DNA of 64,000 bases. Origin: an uncultured beta proteobacterium (lineage in GTDB: Bacteria; Pseudomonadota; Gammaproteobacteria; Burkholderiales; Casimicrobiaceae). The first letter of the stretch is position 1. Each line of letters starts with the position of its first letter. Positions 63,956 to 64,000 of the stretch are shown in pieces. The notes below the pieces were generated by a model. It made no database searches and was not told where the DNA came from. It saw only the letters and a program-made list of their open reading frames with translations. The stretch lies in NCBI GenBank assembly GCA_963733435.1, contig CAVTDH010000014.1, forward strand, positions 2,266-66,265, given 5' to 3'. A program made the translations under genes and the position numbers.

Positions 63956-64000
63956 CGCGGCAGTTCCGGCGTTTCGGCGGCCAAGCGCGACCGGCCGACC
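63952..64000 (-). CDS. 3' end of an upstream gene (possibly the outer-membrane factor of the efflux operon), partial
   Basis: An open frame runs in from the window edge and ends in a TGA that overlaps the adaptor ATG (ATGA). Only 16 codons are visible, so the function is inferred from operon context alone. Confidence 0.25.
   Translation of the reverse strand, partial: VGRSRLAAETPELPR

Overview
This is a 64-kb chromosomal segment at about 70% GC from a proteobacterium. RecA motifs and the gene orders recA-recX-alaS and ribBA-ribH-nusB-thiL-pgpA look Xanthomonadales/Nevskiales-like or Burkholderiales-like, but I cannot resolve the lineage without a database search. I found no rRNA, tRNA, CRISPR array, transposase, integrase or phage gene.

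Content is mostly core and metabolic:
- Regulation: a hybrid sensor kinase (5' partial), and a CpxP-like gene divergent from ompR-envZ.
- Metabolism and housekeeping: ispD-ispF, a glycolate oxidase locus (glcD, an FAD-oxidase paralog, GST, glcE, glcF), argE, alaS, recX-recA, a CinA-domain gene, and pgpA-thiL-(binding protein)-nusB-ribH-ribBA.
- Transport: a TRAP transporter (dctPQM) with a CoA-transferase, a family-5 ABC binding protein, and an RND efflux pump with its adaptor.
- Other: TetR and GNAT genes, SDR and ALDH, a PQQ sugar dehydrogenase, an AstE-family gene, comEC, and a secreted-protein cluster (reprolysin-like metalloprotease, DUF1501, DUF1800 with Ig-like repeats).

The dominant anomaly is roughly 45 reading-frame breaks (my count from the ORF track) in about 19 otherwise recognisable genes. 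They are strongly clustered at 1.5-10.1 kb and 17.1-22.9 kb, and absent from 10.1-17.1, 30.1-36.9 and 40.8-53.6 kb. Affected genes are annotated as pseudogenes, but assembly indels are an equally good explanation.

I did not find a convincing novel multi-gene system such as a defence island. The most unusual signals are small-scale:
- A triplicated 53-bp pgpA start region that makes two ATGA-chained 18-codon mini-ORFs.
- A roughly 180-bp structured repeat that begins directly after stop codons, in two copies.
- A 70-bp tandem intergenic repeat.
- A 36% GC island upstream of the DUF1800 operon.
- A GAAC-N4-GTTC palindrome upstream of recA.
- A Tat-lipoprotein FAH-family enzyme.

Coordinates of non-ORF features were hand-indexed and may be off by 1-2 nt.
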